Source of the DNA: Promethearchaeota archaeon
GTDB taxonomy: Archaea; Asgardarchaeota; Lokiarchaeia; Sigyniarchaeales; SOKP01
NCBI GenBank assembly: GCA_016839555.1
Contig: JAEOUA010000011.1
Coordinates: 224,001 to 288,000 of the forward strand
Length of the DNA: 64,000 nucleotides
Direction of reading: 5' to 3'
Shown here: in pieces, positions 21,940-32,227 of the stretch
How positions within the stretch are numbered: position 1 is the first letter of the stretch
Layout of the letters: every line of letters begins with the position of its first letter
The notes under the pieces: model-generated
Database searches by the model: none
Seen by the model: the letters and a program-made list of their open reading frames with translations, nothing else
What the model was told of the DNA's origin: nothing
Made by a program: the position numbers and the translations under genes

Positions 21940-22318
21940 TCATATATCAACTTTTTATACAATTATTAAATTGAATTTATTCTTTTTTTTACTTTATTTT
22001 TATTATTTTTCCATCTAATATTCTAATAGTAATTTTGTTATTAGGGAGCTTGAAAAGGTTAAAAAATATGGTCTTTTTGTATAATGCGATAAGGAAAGGA
22101 AAGCTTATCATATTTTTATTCTTTAAGATCTAAAATATAATTCTTAGCCTCTTAGAGACTGAGAGATTTGTTTTTTAAAAAATGCTATTTATGACCCTCT
22201 TAATAACATTCTATCACATTTTTTTAAGCTAGATTTAAATAGAATGGAGATAGAATTAATAATAATAATAAATTAAAAAATTTCAATTTTTAATAAATTA
22301 ATAGGAGGAATAAAAAAT

Positions 22319-22501
22319 ATGGCAGAAATATTATTTGTAAAAAGCAAAATTCGAGATTATATTAAAGTCAAAAAATGCAATACTGGTGGAGATGTAGTAG
22401 ATGGGGCTGTTCTAAATAATAGAATAATTGAGATTCTTGATAGAGCTATTGAACGAGCTAAGGCAAATGGACGAAAAACTGTTCAAGAAAAAGATCTCTA
22501 A
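22319..22501 (+). CDS. Small singlet histone-fold protein (DUF1931/alpha3-truncated type)
   Basis: 60 aa; VKSKIRDYIK...RAIERAKANGRKTVQEKDL with RKTV..KD loop motif; AGGAGG upstream. Confidence 0.85.
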   Translation: MAEILFVKSKIRDYIKVKKCNTGGDVVDGAVLNNRIIEILDRAIERAKANGRKTVQEKDL

Positions 22502-22630
22502 ATTATTGAATTAATAAGAAGAACTACTTAACAAAATTGGGTTTTTTTTTAATTCTCTTTATTTTTATATTTAATTACACGAGAGATTAAATATCTTAAG
22601 TATTTAAAAAGGAAAATAAGATTATCATAA

Positions 22631-23845
22631 TTAATTAATTGTTATCGGATATTGACCGAAATCTTCTACAGCGTGATTATAAGCTTCAAAATTCTCCAAT
22701 TTACACCATTGTGTCACTGAATGTGAAGAAGATATAATATGCCCTCCATCTCTCGATACATTTTCTAATAAATATTTAACATAATCATAATTATCCTTAG
22801 CGGTACCATGTGTTAATAAGGGGATTGGAACATTTCCAACTAATGTGATTTCATTACCATACTTACGTTTAATTTCTACAATATCGTTCCCCGCAGCTTT
22901 CTCGATAGGATGGAGCGCATCAAGACCTGTATCGATAATATCTTGAAAAAGTTCCATTACATAACCACATGAGTGCATCATTACATAGCCATCAAGCTGG
23001 TGAACTTTCTGACAAAATTTTTTAATCCCTGGCTTAAAAAATTCACGAAACATTTTAGGAGAAATTATACTGCGCCCCTTATATCCCAGATCACAAGTCA
23101 TATAGATGAATTTTCCCCCTCTTTCAAGGATTTTTTCAGCTACAATAATAGAATAGTCATTCAATTCTTTCACTATCTTTTTTATAAAAGCTTTATTTTT
23201 CACTAACAATTTAAATAGAGTTTCAAATCCAAATATTCCACACAATTCTTCGAAAAATGCACAGCCAAAAACGGAAAATATGGGAACAATATCTAATTCC
23301 ATACATTTTTTTACCGCATCTTCAACTAATAAGAAATTACCTGGATGTTCTCCGTCAAATTCTATATATTTATCCCAATCTTCTGGAGTTCTGAAAAAAC
23401 CATGGCGAGTATGAGCTCCATCTTGACTTACTTTCCATATTAATCTCCCATTTGGTCCACGAAGAATATTTCCATCTTGTTCACTATAAAAATCTTGAAA
23501 AAATTCATCTTTTAAAACAATAGGTAGGCCGGGGACATATAAAAACATGTCATAATTATAATCCCTGTGAATCTTACTCATACTCTCAACATCTGGAATT
23601 GCACTCCTAAACACATTCCTGCCCTTCTTCGCATATTTTTTAAATGCTGTAAATAATTCAGGATTTTTATGAAGAAGATCAATTTGTTTTGGACTAAAAA
23701 GAAAAACAGTAGAGGGTTCAATCTGTCCTCTAATGATAGGATTCAACTGTGGAATTTCTATTGAGCCCTCATACTTTGGCACCCTGTCTGGAATTTGTTT
23801 TTTAAAGGCGGCTTCAATTCTGCTATGAGAATTCCAAATAGTCAT
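22631..23845 (-). CDS. Uroporphyrinogen decarboxylase family protein
   Basis: PDRVP, CDLGYK, ISPKMFREF, HSCG, HPIE, GGHIISSSHS. Confidence 0.85.
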   Translation of the reverse strand: MTIWNSHSRIEAAFKKQIPDRVPKYEGSIEIPQLNPIIRGQIEPSTVFLFSPKQIDLLHKNPELFTAFKKYAKKGRNVFRSAIPDVESMSKIHRDYNYDMFLYVPGLPIVLKDEFFQDFYSEQDGNILRGPNGRLIWKVSQDGAHTRHGFFRTPEDWDKYIEFDGEHPGNFLLVEDAVKKCMELDIVPIFSVFGCAFFEELCGIFGFETLFKLLVKNKAFIKKIVKELNDYSIIVAEKILERGGKFIYMTCDLGYKGRSIISPKMFREFFKPGIKKFCQKVHQLDGYVMMHSCGYVMELFQDIIDTGLDALHPIEKAAGNDIVEIKRKYGNEITLVGNVPIPLLTHGTAKDNYDYVKYLLENVSRDGGHIISSSHSVTQWCKLENFEAYNHAVEDFGQYPITIN

Positions 23846-23979
23846 TATCTAACTCATTAATTCAAAATAATATAAATAAATAATTAAAGAAATAAATAAT
23901 ATCAAAAAAATCATTTAATTATTAATTAAGAATTTTAAGTTATTCAAAATTAAATGTTTCTATAATATTAAATCTTTTT

Positions 23980-24789
23980 TCATTTTTCCAAGAATTCTAT
24001 TAATCGAGAAAGCACTTTATCAGTTTCGTGAGCAAACAGCGCATGAGCAGTATTTTCAAACATCGCTAATTCTGAATTTGGAATTAATTCATGGAGAACC
24101 TCAGCATTTTTAGAAGGCATAAGCACGTCCTTTTTTCCTTGCATAATTAACGTTGGGATAGTTAAATTTTTCAACTTTCTACATGTGTTATGTTTAAATA
24201 AAGCCTTTCCTTGCAGTTCATAAACCTGATCCGAGATTGGATATTTATTCATATTTTCTTTTGCTTCCTCGATTTGATTAGCATAACTTTTAATAAAATC
24301 CTCTGTATAGAGAAGAAGAATTGTTTCCTCAGTTATCTCATTTCTGGAACGTCCCTCTCTCGGTTTTAAAAGAATTTTCTGGACTTCGGGGCCTGGTGGA
24401 ATAAACTTTGTGCCCCCACAAGATGTGGAACATAAGACAAGTTTTATTACCTTTTCAGGAAAATTAAGAGCCACTTCTTGGGCTATCATTCCTCCCATGG
24501 AAACTCCCAGAATATAAGCTTTTTGTATATTTACTTTATCCATTAGATTTACCACATCTTCAGCTAAATCCTTCATCGTAAATTCCTCAGCAACAACATC
24601 AGATCTACCAGTTCCTCTATTATCTAAAATCATAACTTTAAATGTATTACTTAGTTGATTAATTAAGTCTTCGCCCCACCATTCGGAATTCGCCCCTAAC
24701 CCAATTATCATTACTAGAGGGATTCCTTCTCCACTTATTTCATAATATATTTCAAATCCATTAATTTTTACTTTAGGCATTTTTTTCAA
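23980..24789 (-). CDS. Alpha/beta hydrolase
   Basis: DNRGTGRS, GVSMGG nucleophile elbow, G..D, terminal His. Confidence 0.92.
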   Translation of the reverse strand: MKKMPKVKINGFEIYYEISGEGIPLVMIIGLGANSEWWGEDLINQLSNTFKVMILDNRGTGRSDVVAEEFTMKDLAEDVVNLMDKVNIQKAYILGVSMGGMIAQEVALNFPEKVIKLVLCSTSCGGTKFIPPGPEVQKILLKPREGRSRNEITEETILLLYTEDFIKSYANQIEEAKENMNKYPISDQVYELQGKALFKHNTCRKLKNLTIPTLIMQGKKDVLMPSKNAEVLHELIPNSELAMFENTAHALFAHETDKVLSRLIEFLEK

Positions 24790-25045
24790 ATCCTTTTGAG
24801 AATTTAATTTGATTTAAATTAAAACATATGATTTCATGAAAAATACAAATTTTTACGATATAAAAAAACCTTTTTTACATATAAATGATACTAAAATTGT
24901 CTTAATTTATATTGAATTTCTCAATTTTTCTTAAGTGTGAAAATTTGTTGATATTACCTCAAAAAATTAGAAAATCAAAAACCACTTACTTTTTATATGC
25001 TAATATAAATATTCTTTATACAGCACACAATCTTATATGAAGGAA

Positions 25046-25128
25046 AGTAGTCCCCCTTAAATAAACGTTCAAATACAAATCGCCTGAAGCATATCTTTTT
25101 CTTACCTTAGAACGTTTATTTAACTACT
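25046..25128. repeat. Intergenic inverted repeat / predicted hairpin
   Basis: ttaaataaacgttc (25057-25070) and gaacgtttatttaa (25110-25123) perfect 14 bp; agtag/ctact extends it beyond a 6-nt bulge. Confidence 0.8.
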
Positions 25129-25172
25129 CTCTCTTTTTTTTTAAGGTTTATCTGTTTAAAATTAGATAGTAG

Positions 25173-25685
25173 CTATTTCAACTTTTTGCTGTCAATTTCT
25201 TTATCAATAATAAAAAGTCCTATGGAATGGACGCTTTTTAACCGTTCTAGAGTCTTTTTTAATTCCTTAACCCTCTCATAAGGGCCATTTACTGCAATAA
25301 TTTCTACGCATTTATCGTATTGAATATGAATGTGCATCGTAGAAATAATAATATTTAAGTAGTGATGTTCTATATCGGTTTTCAAAAGTTCATCTGATTT
25401 TATAACACTTGCATAACTGGGCCTACTGCTAAAATCATGTTCATGCTTGTGGGAGTCATCATGTTGGTGGGTGTCTTCAAAATGTTCGTGGCTATAAATC
25501 ATAGAAATACAGCCCACTACATCTCCAGGTGTTTTGGGAATGTTTTCTTGCATAGAAATATATCTATGCATAGCTTTTCGGACGGCATCAGAGCGAGAGA
25601 TATCTAATTTTTTCCTAAATGCTTCAAATTCTTCATATAGATTCTTGGGAAGCGAAATAGTAAATCTTTTGTATTCTTCACTCAT
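25173..25685 (-). CDS. nikR: Nickel-responsive regulator NikR with His-rich insertion
   Basis: RHH N-terminus (RFTISLP...SRSDAVR), HHY..IISTMHIH...CVE metal site. Confidence 0.88.
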   Translation of the reverse strand: MSEEYKRFTISLPKNLYEEFEAFRKKLDISRSDAVRKAMHRYISMQENIPKTPGDVVGCISMIYSHEHFEDTHQHDDSHKHEHDFSSRPSYASVIKSDELLKTDIEHHYLNIIISTMHIHIQYDKCVEIIAVNGPYERVKELKKTLERLKSVHSIGLFIIDKEIDSKKLK

Positions 25686-25726
25686 ACTTTTTTTAAATTG
25701 CTTATATTAAATAAGGATTTTATAAT

Positions 25727-26467
25727 TTATTTTGCTATAAAAACGGCAATTGGGACACTAGCTTCGCGCCACTGAGCAATCTTCCCAGAATATTCGAAAT
25801 CTAGTTTTGAGCGACCGTGATCACCGAGGATAATCATTAATGAACCAGGCCTGAGCTGTTTATAATTTGTTTTAATCCATTTATCAGTTCTTAATATTAA
25901 CTTCTCGATTAATTCTTCTGGAGTGCGTTGTTTTAATCGTTGTTGTTGTTTATGAAGATTTTCGAAATCAAGATAGTGCATCCAAGTAAGGTCATAATTG
26001 TTAATCACTTTCGCAGATTCAATCCAAGTATTCATATCAGAATCTTTTAGTTGAGAAAAAGTTCCTCCATCATAACGTTTTAAATCTTTTTCTCTGCCTA
26101 TAAAGCACGAATTTTTATCATGAGCATTAAGATATTTTAAGAAATGAAATCCATTAGGCTCTACCTCAAACCCTCCAAACATCATTTGGTGAAGCACACC
26201 TAAGGTATAGGGATTTTTTGTACTTAGAAGAACCATAACTTCTGAGTTAGTGATAATAAAACGGGGCTTAAAATAAGTAATTTCGAAAAGCCCAAAATTA
26301 TCTATTAGGTTTATACTAACCCTTTTTATTCCTGCATATTTTTCTATAATAAAATCTATAGGTTTTGGGATCTGATTAGTGGGGGGTTCTACTTCGAGTA
26401 ATTTTAGAATGGTTGCGGGTAATTGATTAAGATACGCTTTAATATTTACTAATTCACTCATAGACAA
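25727..26467 (-). CDS. Alkaline-phosphatase-superfamily protein
   Basis: LIDNFG and ILGDHG motifs, terminal VP. Confidence 0.55.
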   Translation of the reverse strand: MSMSELVNIKAYLNQLPATILKLLEVEPPTNQIPKPIDFIIEKYAGIKRVSINLIDNFGLFEITYFKPRFIITNSEVMVLLSTKNPYTLGVLHQMMFGGFEVEPNGFHFLKYLNAHDKNSCFIGREKDLKRYDGGTFSQLKDSDMNTWIESAKVINNYDLTWMHYLDFENLHKQQQRLKQRTPEELIEKLILRTDKWIKTNYKQLRPGSLMIILGDHGRSKLDFEYSGKIAQWREASVPIAVFIAK

Positions 26468-26716
26468 TCGTACTTTTATATTTAATAATTTTTATTTTTT
26501 TTTTATATTCTAATATTATAATAATAACAATAATTATTAATTAATTGTTTATTTATTAATTCAATAGATGAGCCTCTTATTCGATTATGGCTTCATACAA
26601 AGAAGATTGAATAATTTAAAAGCAAAAACAATTTAAATTTATAAAATCGTTGTAATATATATCAAATAGAGCAAGCATATTCTAAAAGAAGAATAATAAA
26701 TAAAAAGGTTTTAATA

Positions 26717-26962
26717 ATGAAAAGATCTGCAAGCGAAAAAATAGCTCTTATTGATAAGGTTTTAGATCGGTGGGACGATGGAGTCTGTTTATATTGTGGC
26801 AACGTGTTAAATGGGGATATGGAAGGGCCAGATTATGATTCGATGCGTTCAGATACCTTCTGTCTGAACTGTGGTAAAGATATTGATCCTTATGATGAAT
26901 GGGATGATAGTGCTGTAAAAGCGATCAAAAAAATAGTCAATGATGAAAAATTTAAACCTTAA
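26717..26962 (+). CDS. Small zinc-binding protein
   Basis: CLYC...CLNC. Confidence 0.7.
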   Translation: MKRSASEKIALIDKVLDRWDDGVCLYCGNVLNGDMEGPDYDSMRSDTFCLNCGKDIDPYDEWDDSAVKAIKKIVNDEKFKP

Positions 26963-27117
26963 CTTATTTTTCTTTTATTATTTTTTTTACTTTAAGAAAT
27001 TTTAATTTAATTTAGCGTGTAATAGAAAGTTAATCATGAAAAAGAGTAAAAAAGATTTAAATTAAATTGATGGGGTAAATTAAAAGAATATAATGAGAGA
27101 AAAAAATTCTAGCATAA

Positions 27118-28419
27118 GTGGCGAGCAAATTTTTGAATATACTTTATATTGATTGTACCAACTCGGGAATATCGGGAGACATGTTTTTAGCAGCATTATT
27201 AGATTTACTTCCAAATCCAGAACAAATTTTAGATCTTTTATCAGATTTAAAAGAATATTTAACAGGAGTCTCTAAGTTAAAAATCAAATTAAAAAAAGTG
27301 AATAAAAATGAGCTACGAGTTAATCAATTACAACTAAAAATTAAAGAAAAAAAAGCATATCGCTCTGTAAAAGCTCTTAAAGATTCTTTAAATCGTTTTA
27401 TAAAGGAGAAAGGATACTTATCCCAGGTTTCTAAATATGCTAATAATGTTTTAGATACCCTAATAAAAGCTGAGGCACATGTACATGAAAAATTAGACGA
27501 TAAAATACATTTACATGAGCTTAGCTCAATTGATACTTTAATTGATATCTTAGGAGTGAGTAAAGCTTTAGAACTACTCGGAGTTTTTTCCGGTAATTTC
27601 AAGATTTATTGCAGTGACTTACCCGTAGGTGGTGGAGCTATTGAAGCTGCTCATGGTTTAATTCCAATTCCTGCGCCCGCTACAGTTAATATTTTAGAAA
27701 CATCTAATCTAAAAATCACCCCCGGTCCAATCCAAGATGAATTAAGTACTCCAACGGGTGTAGCATTATTAACTAATTTGAATCCCATTCTAAAAAAGCC
27801 ATCTTTTAATATTCATAAGGTTGGTCAGAGTCTCGGACAGAAGAACTTTCCGAATTTTTTGAATATGTTAAGAATATTTATTGGTCAAATTGATTCAGAG
27901 ATAAGCGAAGATTTAGATAACCCACTACTCAAATATAGGGAAAAAGTCTCGGTAATTGAGACGAATGTTGATGATATATCTGGAGAAGTTATTGGAGATT
28001 TCATAGAAATTATGGAAAATGAGGAGGTATTAGATGTTCAAGTGAACCAATCTATAACAAAAAAGAATAGACCAAGTTATGTTATTAAGGTGTTAACTAA
28101 ACCTGAATCAAAATATCAGATTATTGGAAAAATTATTCACACTCTAGGAACGTTGGGAGTAAGATATTATACAGTTGACCGCATCTGTGTAGAAAGACAA
28201 ATTAAAGTAACGCAGATTAACATAGATCAAGCCATATATCCCATACGATATAAACTTTCTTATATTATCATTGAAGGAGAAAAAAAAATAGTAAATATTA
28301 AGCCAGAATACGATGATCTTAGAAATTTACGAGATAAAACAAAATATTCTGTAAATATATTACAAGATTTGTTTTTTAATAGTATAGATATTGAAAAAGA
28401 AAAAGAAAAATCTAAATAA
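27118..28419 (+). CDS. larC: Nickel-pincer cofactor nickel insertase LarC
   Basis: SGISGDMFL, AEAHVH..IHLHE, AHGLIPIPAPAT, TPTG, ETNVDD, TLGVR, KPEYDD. Confidence 0.93.
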   Translation: MASKFLNILYIDCTNSGISGDMFLAALLDLLPNPEQILDLLSDLKEYLTGVSKLKIKLKKVNKNELRVNQLQLKIKEKKAYRSVKALKDSLNRFIKEKGYLSQVSKYANNVLDTLIKAEAHVHEKLDDKIHLHELSSIDTLIDILGVSKALELLGVFSGNFKIYCSDLPVGGGAIEAAHGLIPIPAPATVNILETSNLKITPGPIQDELSTPTGVALLTNLNPILKKPSFNIHKVGQSLGQKNFPNFLNMLRIFIGQIDSEISEDLDNPLLKYREKVSVIETNVDDISGEVIGDFIEIMENEEVLDVQVNQSITKKNRPSYVIKVLTKPESKYQIIGKIIHTLGTLGVRYYTVDRICVERQIKVTQINIDQAIYPIRYKLSYIIIEGEKKIVNIKPEYDDLRNLRDKTKYSVNILQDLFFNSIDIEKEKEKSK

Positions 28420-28550
28420 CTCTGATAATCTTTAATTTAAAATAGAAATAAAAAATGGAATTGAAATAAATTCCAAAATTAATTGAAACTTATTTTTTTA
28501 TCCTTGATATAGTATTTTGTTTTTCTTGTAAAATGTATAAGCTTTTTTTT

Positions 28551-29093
28551 TTAATAATCGTCTATATTAAACTTATTTAACATGTAATCTTGCTCTAATG
28601 CTTCTTTTGAAAAATCTTGTAACTTTTTCAATTTCTTATTAATCATAGTAACTTCTTTTTGTTTACCCAATTCTTTAAAAATCTGCATTGCTTCCTTATA
28701 AGTATCAATTGATTCATCATAATCCCCTCTGACTTCTAAATCCTCAGCTATGAATATGAGCCCTTGAGCAACATCAATCTTTTTACCCAATTTTTTCTGA
28801 ATTTTCAGAGATAACCAGTGATGTTTTAAAGATTCTACATATTGTTTAAATATAGAATAAGTTCGCCCCATAGCTCTTAAAACAATAGCTTCTTCTTCTT
28901 TAAGATTATTTTCTTTACAATGTTTTAAAAATTTCGAGAGAAAACTAATATACTGTTTGCTATCCTCTGAATGATTAATCTTTGAAATTGCCTTTTCATA
29001 TGTTACTAAGGAATTGTTAATTTCGCCATTTTCAAAAAATTCTTTTGATCTTTGAAAAAGATCATTCATAATTGCGACCAATTTTAGTCTCAA
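28551..29093 (-). CDS. TPR protein
   Basis: Helical repeats (EAIVLRAMGRTY..., GDYDESIDTYKEAMQIFKELG). Confidence 0.75.
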   Translation of the reverse strand: MRLKLVAIMNDLFQRSKEFFENGEINNSLVTYEKAISKINHSEDSKQYISFLSKFLKHCKENNLKEEEAIVLRAMGRTYSIFKQYVESLKHHWLSLKIQKKLGKKIDVAQGLIFIAEDLEVRGDYDESIDTYKEAMQIFKELGKQKEVTMINKKLKKLQDFSKEALEQDYMLNKFNIDDY

Positions 29094-29558
29094 CTACGTT
29101 TTTATATTTTACTTTTTTTTAGATGATTAAAAAATAGATTCATATAACATATAATCATCAACATATTTATAGTTATCGGGTCTTAAAATTTAGAACTAGG
29201 ATTGGTGAAATAGGGAAAAATTAGAAGTCTGCTAATGTCCGCCTCCTATTAAAGTTTCAATCAAACAATTGTTTTATTAAATTATTATTTTATTAAGTAA
29301 ATTCTCTTTTAAATTTTCAAGAGAATTTAAAAATAATCCCTTAATTTTAGTGTATTTTGATTAAATCTTTGTTGAAGTTATGAGATAGTCAATTTTATTC
29401 AATATCGATTTATTGATTTAAGAATGATGATTTGGAATTTTTAAAATCTATTATGATTTATAATTTCTAAAATCTAAGAACTAACTATTTAGAGTACTTT
29501 AAGAATAAGAATTATAATAGAAGGAAAAAAAAATATTTAATTTTCATGTTTTAATGTT

Positions 29559-30209
29559 TTAAATCCATCCTAATAATATAAATATGAAGAATGCGCCTCC
29601 TCCAATAGCATAAATAGTACCTACAAATTTTATTTGTTTCTTTTGATCTTCTAAATCATGCACATAAAACGCACCCACAAAAAACCACAAGTATCCTATA
29701 GGGTATATTAAGATTGGATTATACCAATTCCACCATGGATATTCCCAGATAAGATAATTACCCCAATTTAGTAAAATCTCTACGAAAACACAAAATGCTG
29801 CGAAAAGAAGGGCGTTGAACCAACGATTCGAAATACCAAAAACTTTTTCTTCTTTATTATCCGATAAAAATTTCGAGAACACAATTCCAGCGATAGAAAA
29901 CATAAAAAATATTTCTATGTTCCATCCAATTAGAATAATATATGCACTTGCACCTGGGGTTGTCCAAAATGCAGAATAATCGGTGAAAAAGAAGACTAGA
30001 GCGTTCCAGACCTCATTTATCAAATCTAAGCCTAAAACGGTCAATCCAGCAAAAATAGGAGACCAATTTCCAGTTTTTCTAGCTTTTTGTATTTCTACTC
30101 CGTAAATATATAATACAATAGCAAGGATGGGGATGATATACCAGCCGAAATGAGGATTTAAAACACGCAAATTTTCAAGAGCTTTTTGAGATGCCGCAGT
30201 TGGAGCCAT
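29559..30209 (-). CDS. Integral membrane protein
   Basis: About 6 hydrophobic, Trp-rich segments. Confidence 0.8.
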   Translation of the reverse strand: MAPTAASQKALENLRVLNPHFGWYIIPILAIVLYIYGVEIQKARKTGNWSPIFAGLTVLGLDLINEVWNALVFFFTDYSAFWTTPGASAYIILIGWNIEIFFMFSIAGIVFSKFLSDNKEEKVFGISNRWFNALLFAAFCVFVEILLNWGNYLIWEYPWWNWYNPILIYPIGYLWFFVGAFYVHDLEDQKKQIKFVGTIYAIGGGAFFIFILLGWI

Positions 30210-30689
30210 ATTTATTTCTATTCTCTTTTAATTTTTAATATATATTTATTATATAAATCTATATCAGAGATATTAATAAATGTTTAAAATTATTGCTTAG
30301 AAAGAAATATAAATTATAGAGAGAATTTTAAAAATGTATAGAAAATATTCAGATTTAAGGCATTTATTTTTATAAATATACTTAAATGAATATTTCTAAG
30401 AAGGAAGATTCTGAAAAAAATTATTTATTTTTTTTTAACTAAAATTATCTTCATTCTTCACGGATTAATCAATTCTTTAATTCCTGTATTAGAATCCTTT
30501 TAGATAAATCATATACTCATAGTTGCAACAAACACGGTAATATCATTATTCTTTAGCCAAATCTATTAACAAATTTTATTTATAAAGATATTGTGAGAAC
30601 ATGAAATTAAAATAAAATAGGAAGCTTTTTTATCTCTATTTTAAAGATATAATTTCAAAATTGAAATTTAATATTAGAAGGAAATAATC

Positions 30690-30920
30690 TTATTCTAGTT
30701 CTTTTTTAAGAAGCTTAATATAATTTTTTTTTAACGATGTTATTTTACTATCTAAATCTTTTGGTTTTATAAAGTTTCTATAATCTATAAATACTTTTTT
30801 GCATTGTGATATAAAGTGATAGGCATCCAGCTCATTAGTATTTTTCTGATTTTTCTTAATTGTTTTATATTCACTCTGAGGTGTCATTTTATTAACTTTA
30901 CCTGAAACTCTATTGGACAT
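30690..30920 (-). CDS. Hypothetical protein
   Basis: 76-aa ORF, no motif. Confidence 0.4.
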   Translation of the reverse strand: MSNRVSGKVNKMTPQSEYKTIKKNQKNTNELDAYHFISQCKKVFIDYRNFIKPKDLDSKITSLKKNYIKLLKKELE

Positions 30921-31068
30921 AGTTAGATTGAAAATCTCTTCATTAAAAAATCATAGAAGGCTGATGATTTACTATGATCACATAAAATAAATTTGTTTTG
31001 AGATAGAAAATATAAGGAAGAAAATCGTAATGTTTTGAAGTTCTATTAAAAAAAGAGTGAAAGGTTTA

Positions 31069-31305
31069 TTATTTTCGTTTTAATGACAAATTTTTTAGAG
31101 CTTCAATTACTTCTGGCGTAAATAAGGTTCCAACGAGAATAACAGACAAAAATATTAGAATTAAAGTTAATACTATATTCATCCCAAAAATTATTATTAA
31201 AATAATATCCAAAACAAGTAGTATTATCAAACTTATAGGTAAAATTTGGTATAATAATTCTTTTCTCTCTGCCTTAGTTTCATTTTCAGTTTCTTCAACG
31301 CTCAT
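31069..31305 (-). CDS. Small two-TM membrane protein
   Basis: Two hydrophobic helices. Confidence 0.65.
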   Translation of the reverse strand: MSVEETENETKAERKELLYQILPISLIILLVLDIILIIIFGMNIVLTLILIFLSVILVGTLFTPEVIEALKNLSLKRK

Positions 31306-31438
31306 TTTTTAAACCTATTTTACTATAAAATTATTAATTAATTTAGATTATTCATTTCTTCATTTAAATTTTGTTGATTATAGAAATTTCAAAAACTAAT
31401 TTGATTTATATATGAAGAGTTGACTTAAATTGAATAAT

Positions 31439-32218
31439 TTATTTTCTTACTCTATTTGCAATCAATGCCGCAGAAGCCCCAGCCCCAAATCCATTATCTA
31501 TATTTACCACTAATAATCCAGGGGAGCATGATTGAAGCATAGTAGTTAATGCTCCTTCTCCATTCTTTCCTATCCCATATCCCGAAGAAATAGGCACACC
31601 TATAACTGGTACATCAACTAAACTGGCAACAACTCCGGGAAGAGTTCCTTCCATTCCCGCTAAAACAATAATCACATCCACACCTTGTTTAATCATTTCA
31701 CTTAATGGTTGAAAAATGCGATGAATACCTGCAATTCCAACGTCATAGCCAGTAATTACAGAGCATCCCATTATTTCTGCTATAGTTTTTGCTTCTTCTG
31801 CTATAATAATATCCGAGCTACCAGCAGTAATTATTCCAATAACTCCTTTTCTTTTCTTAAATGAATATTCTTTTTTTTTTATAATTATAATTTTCCCTAG
31901 CTCATTAAATTTTATTTCATATTGCGTATTTTCCTTGAATGTTTCTATTAATAGACTTTTCTGAGTTTCTGTAACTTTTGATACAATAACAAAATGATGT
32001 TCCTCTAAAAACGATGATACAATAGATAATACCATTTCTGGTGTTTTATTATGTCCAAGCACAACTTCAGGTACTCCTGTTCGTAGTTCCCTAAAAATAT
32101 CTAATTGTGCTAATCCCTCAACATTTTTAATAAAATTTGCCCGTAACAAGTCTTCTGTTTGATCTATTGAAATTTTACCCTCAAGAAGGGCTTTTAATAT
32201 GTCTTTAATATCTCTCAA
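31439..32218 (-). CDS. larB: Nickel-pincer cofactor biosynthesis protein LarB
   Basis: RELRTGVPEVV, TAGSSD, DVGIAGIHR, AGMEGTL, SCSPG..VVNIDNGFGA. Confidence 0.95.
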   Translation of the reverse strand: MRDIKDILKALLEGKISIDQTEDLLRANFIKNVEGLAQLDIFRELRTGVPEVVLGHNKTPEMVLSIVSSFLEEHHFVIVSKVTETQKSLLIETFKENTQYEIKFNELGKIIIIKKKEYSFKKRKGVIGIITAGSSDIIIAEEAKTIAEIMGCSVITGYDVGIAGIHRIFQPLSEMIKQGVDVIIVLAGMEGTLPGVVASLVDVPVIGVPISSGYGIGKNGEGALTTMLQSCSPGLLVVNIDNGFGAGASAALIANRVRK

Positions 32219-32227
32219 GTAAAAAGA

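Noticed and set aside
29195-29265. Weak possible hairpin upstream of the TPR gene
   Set aside because: Short imperfect stems compatible with chance in AT-rich DNA
30450-30570. Minus-strand fragment resembling an ABC ATPase end (LIDLAKE/NDITVFVAT)
   Set aside because: Too short and frameshifted to support without a search
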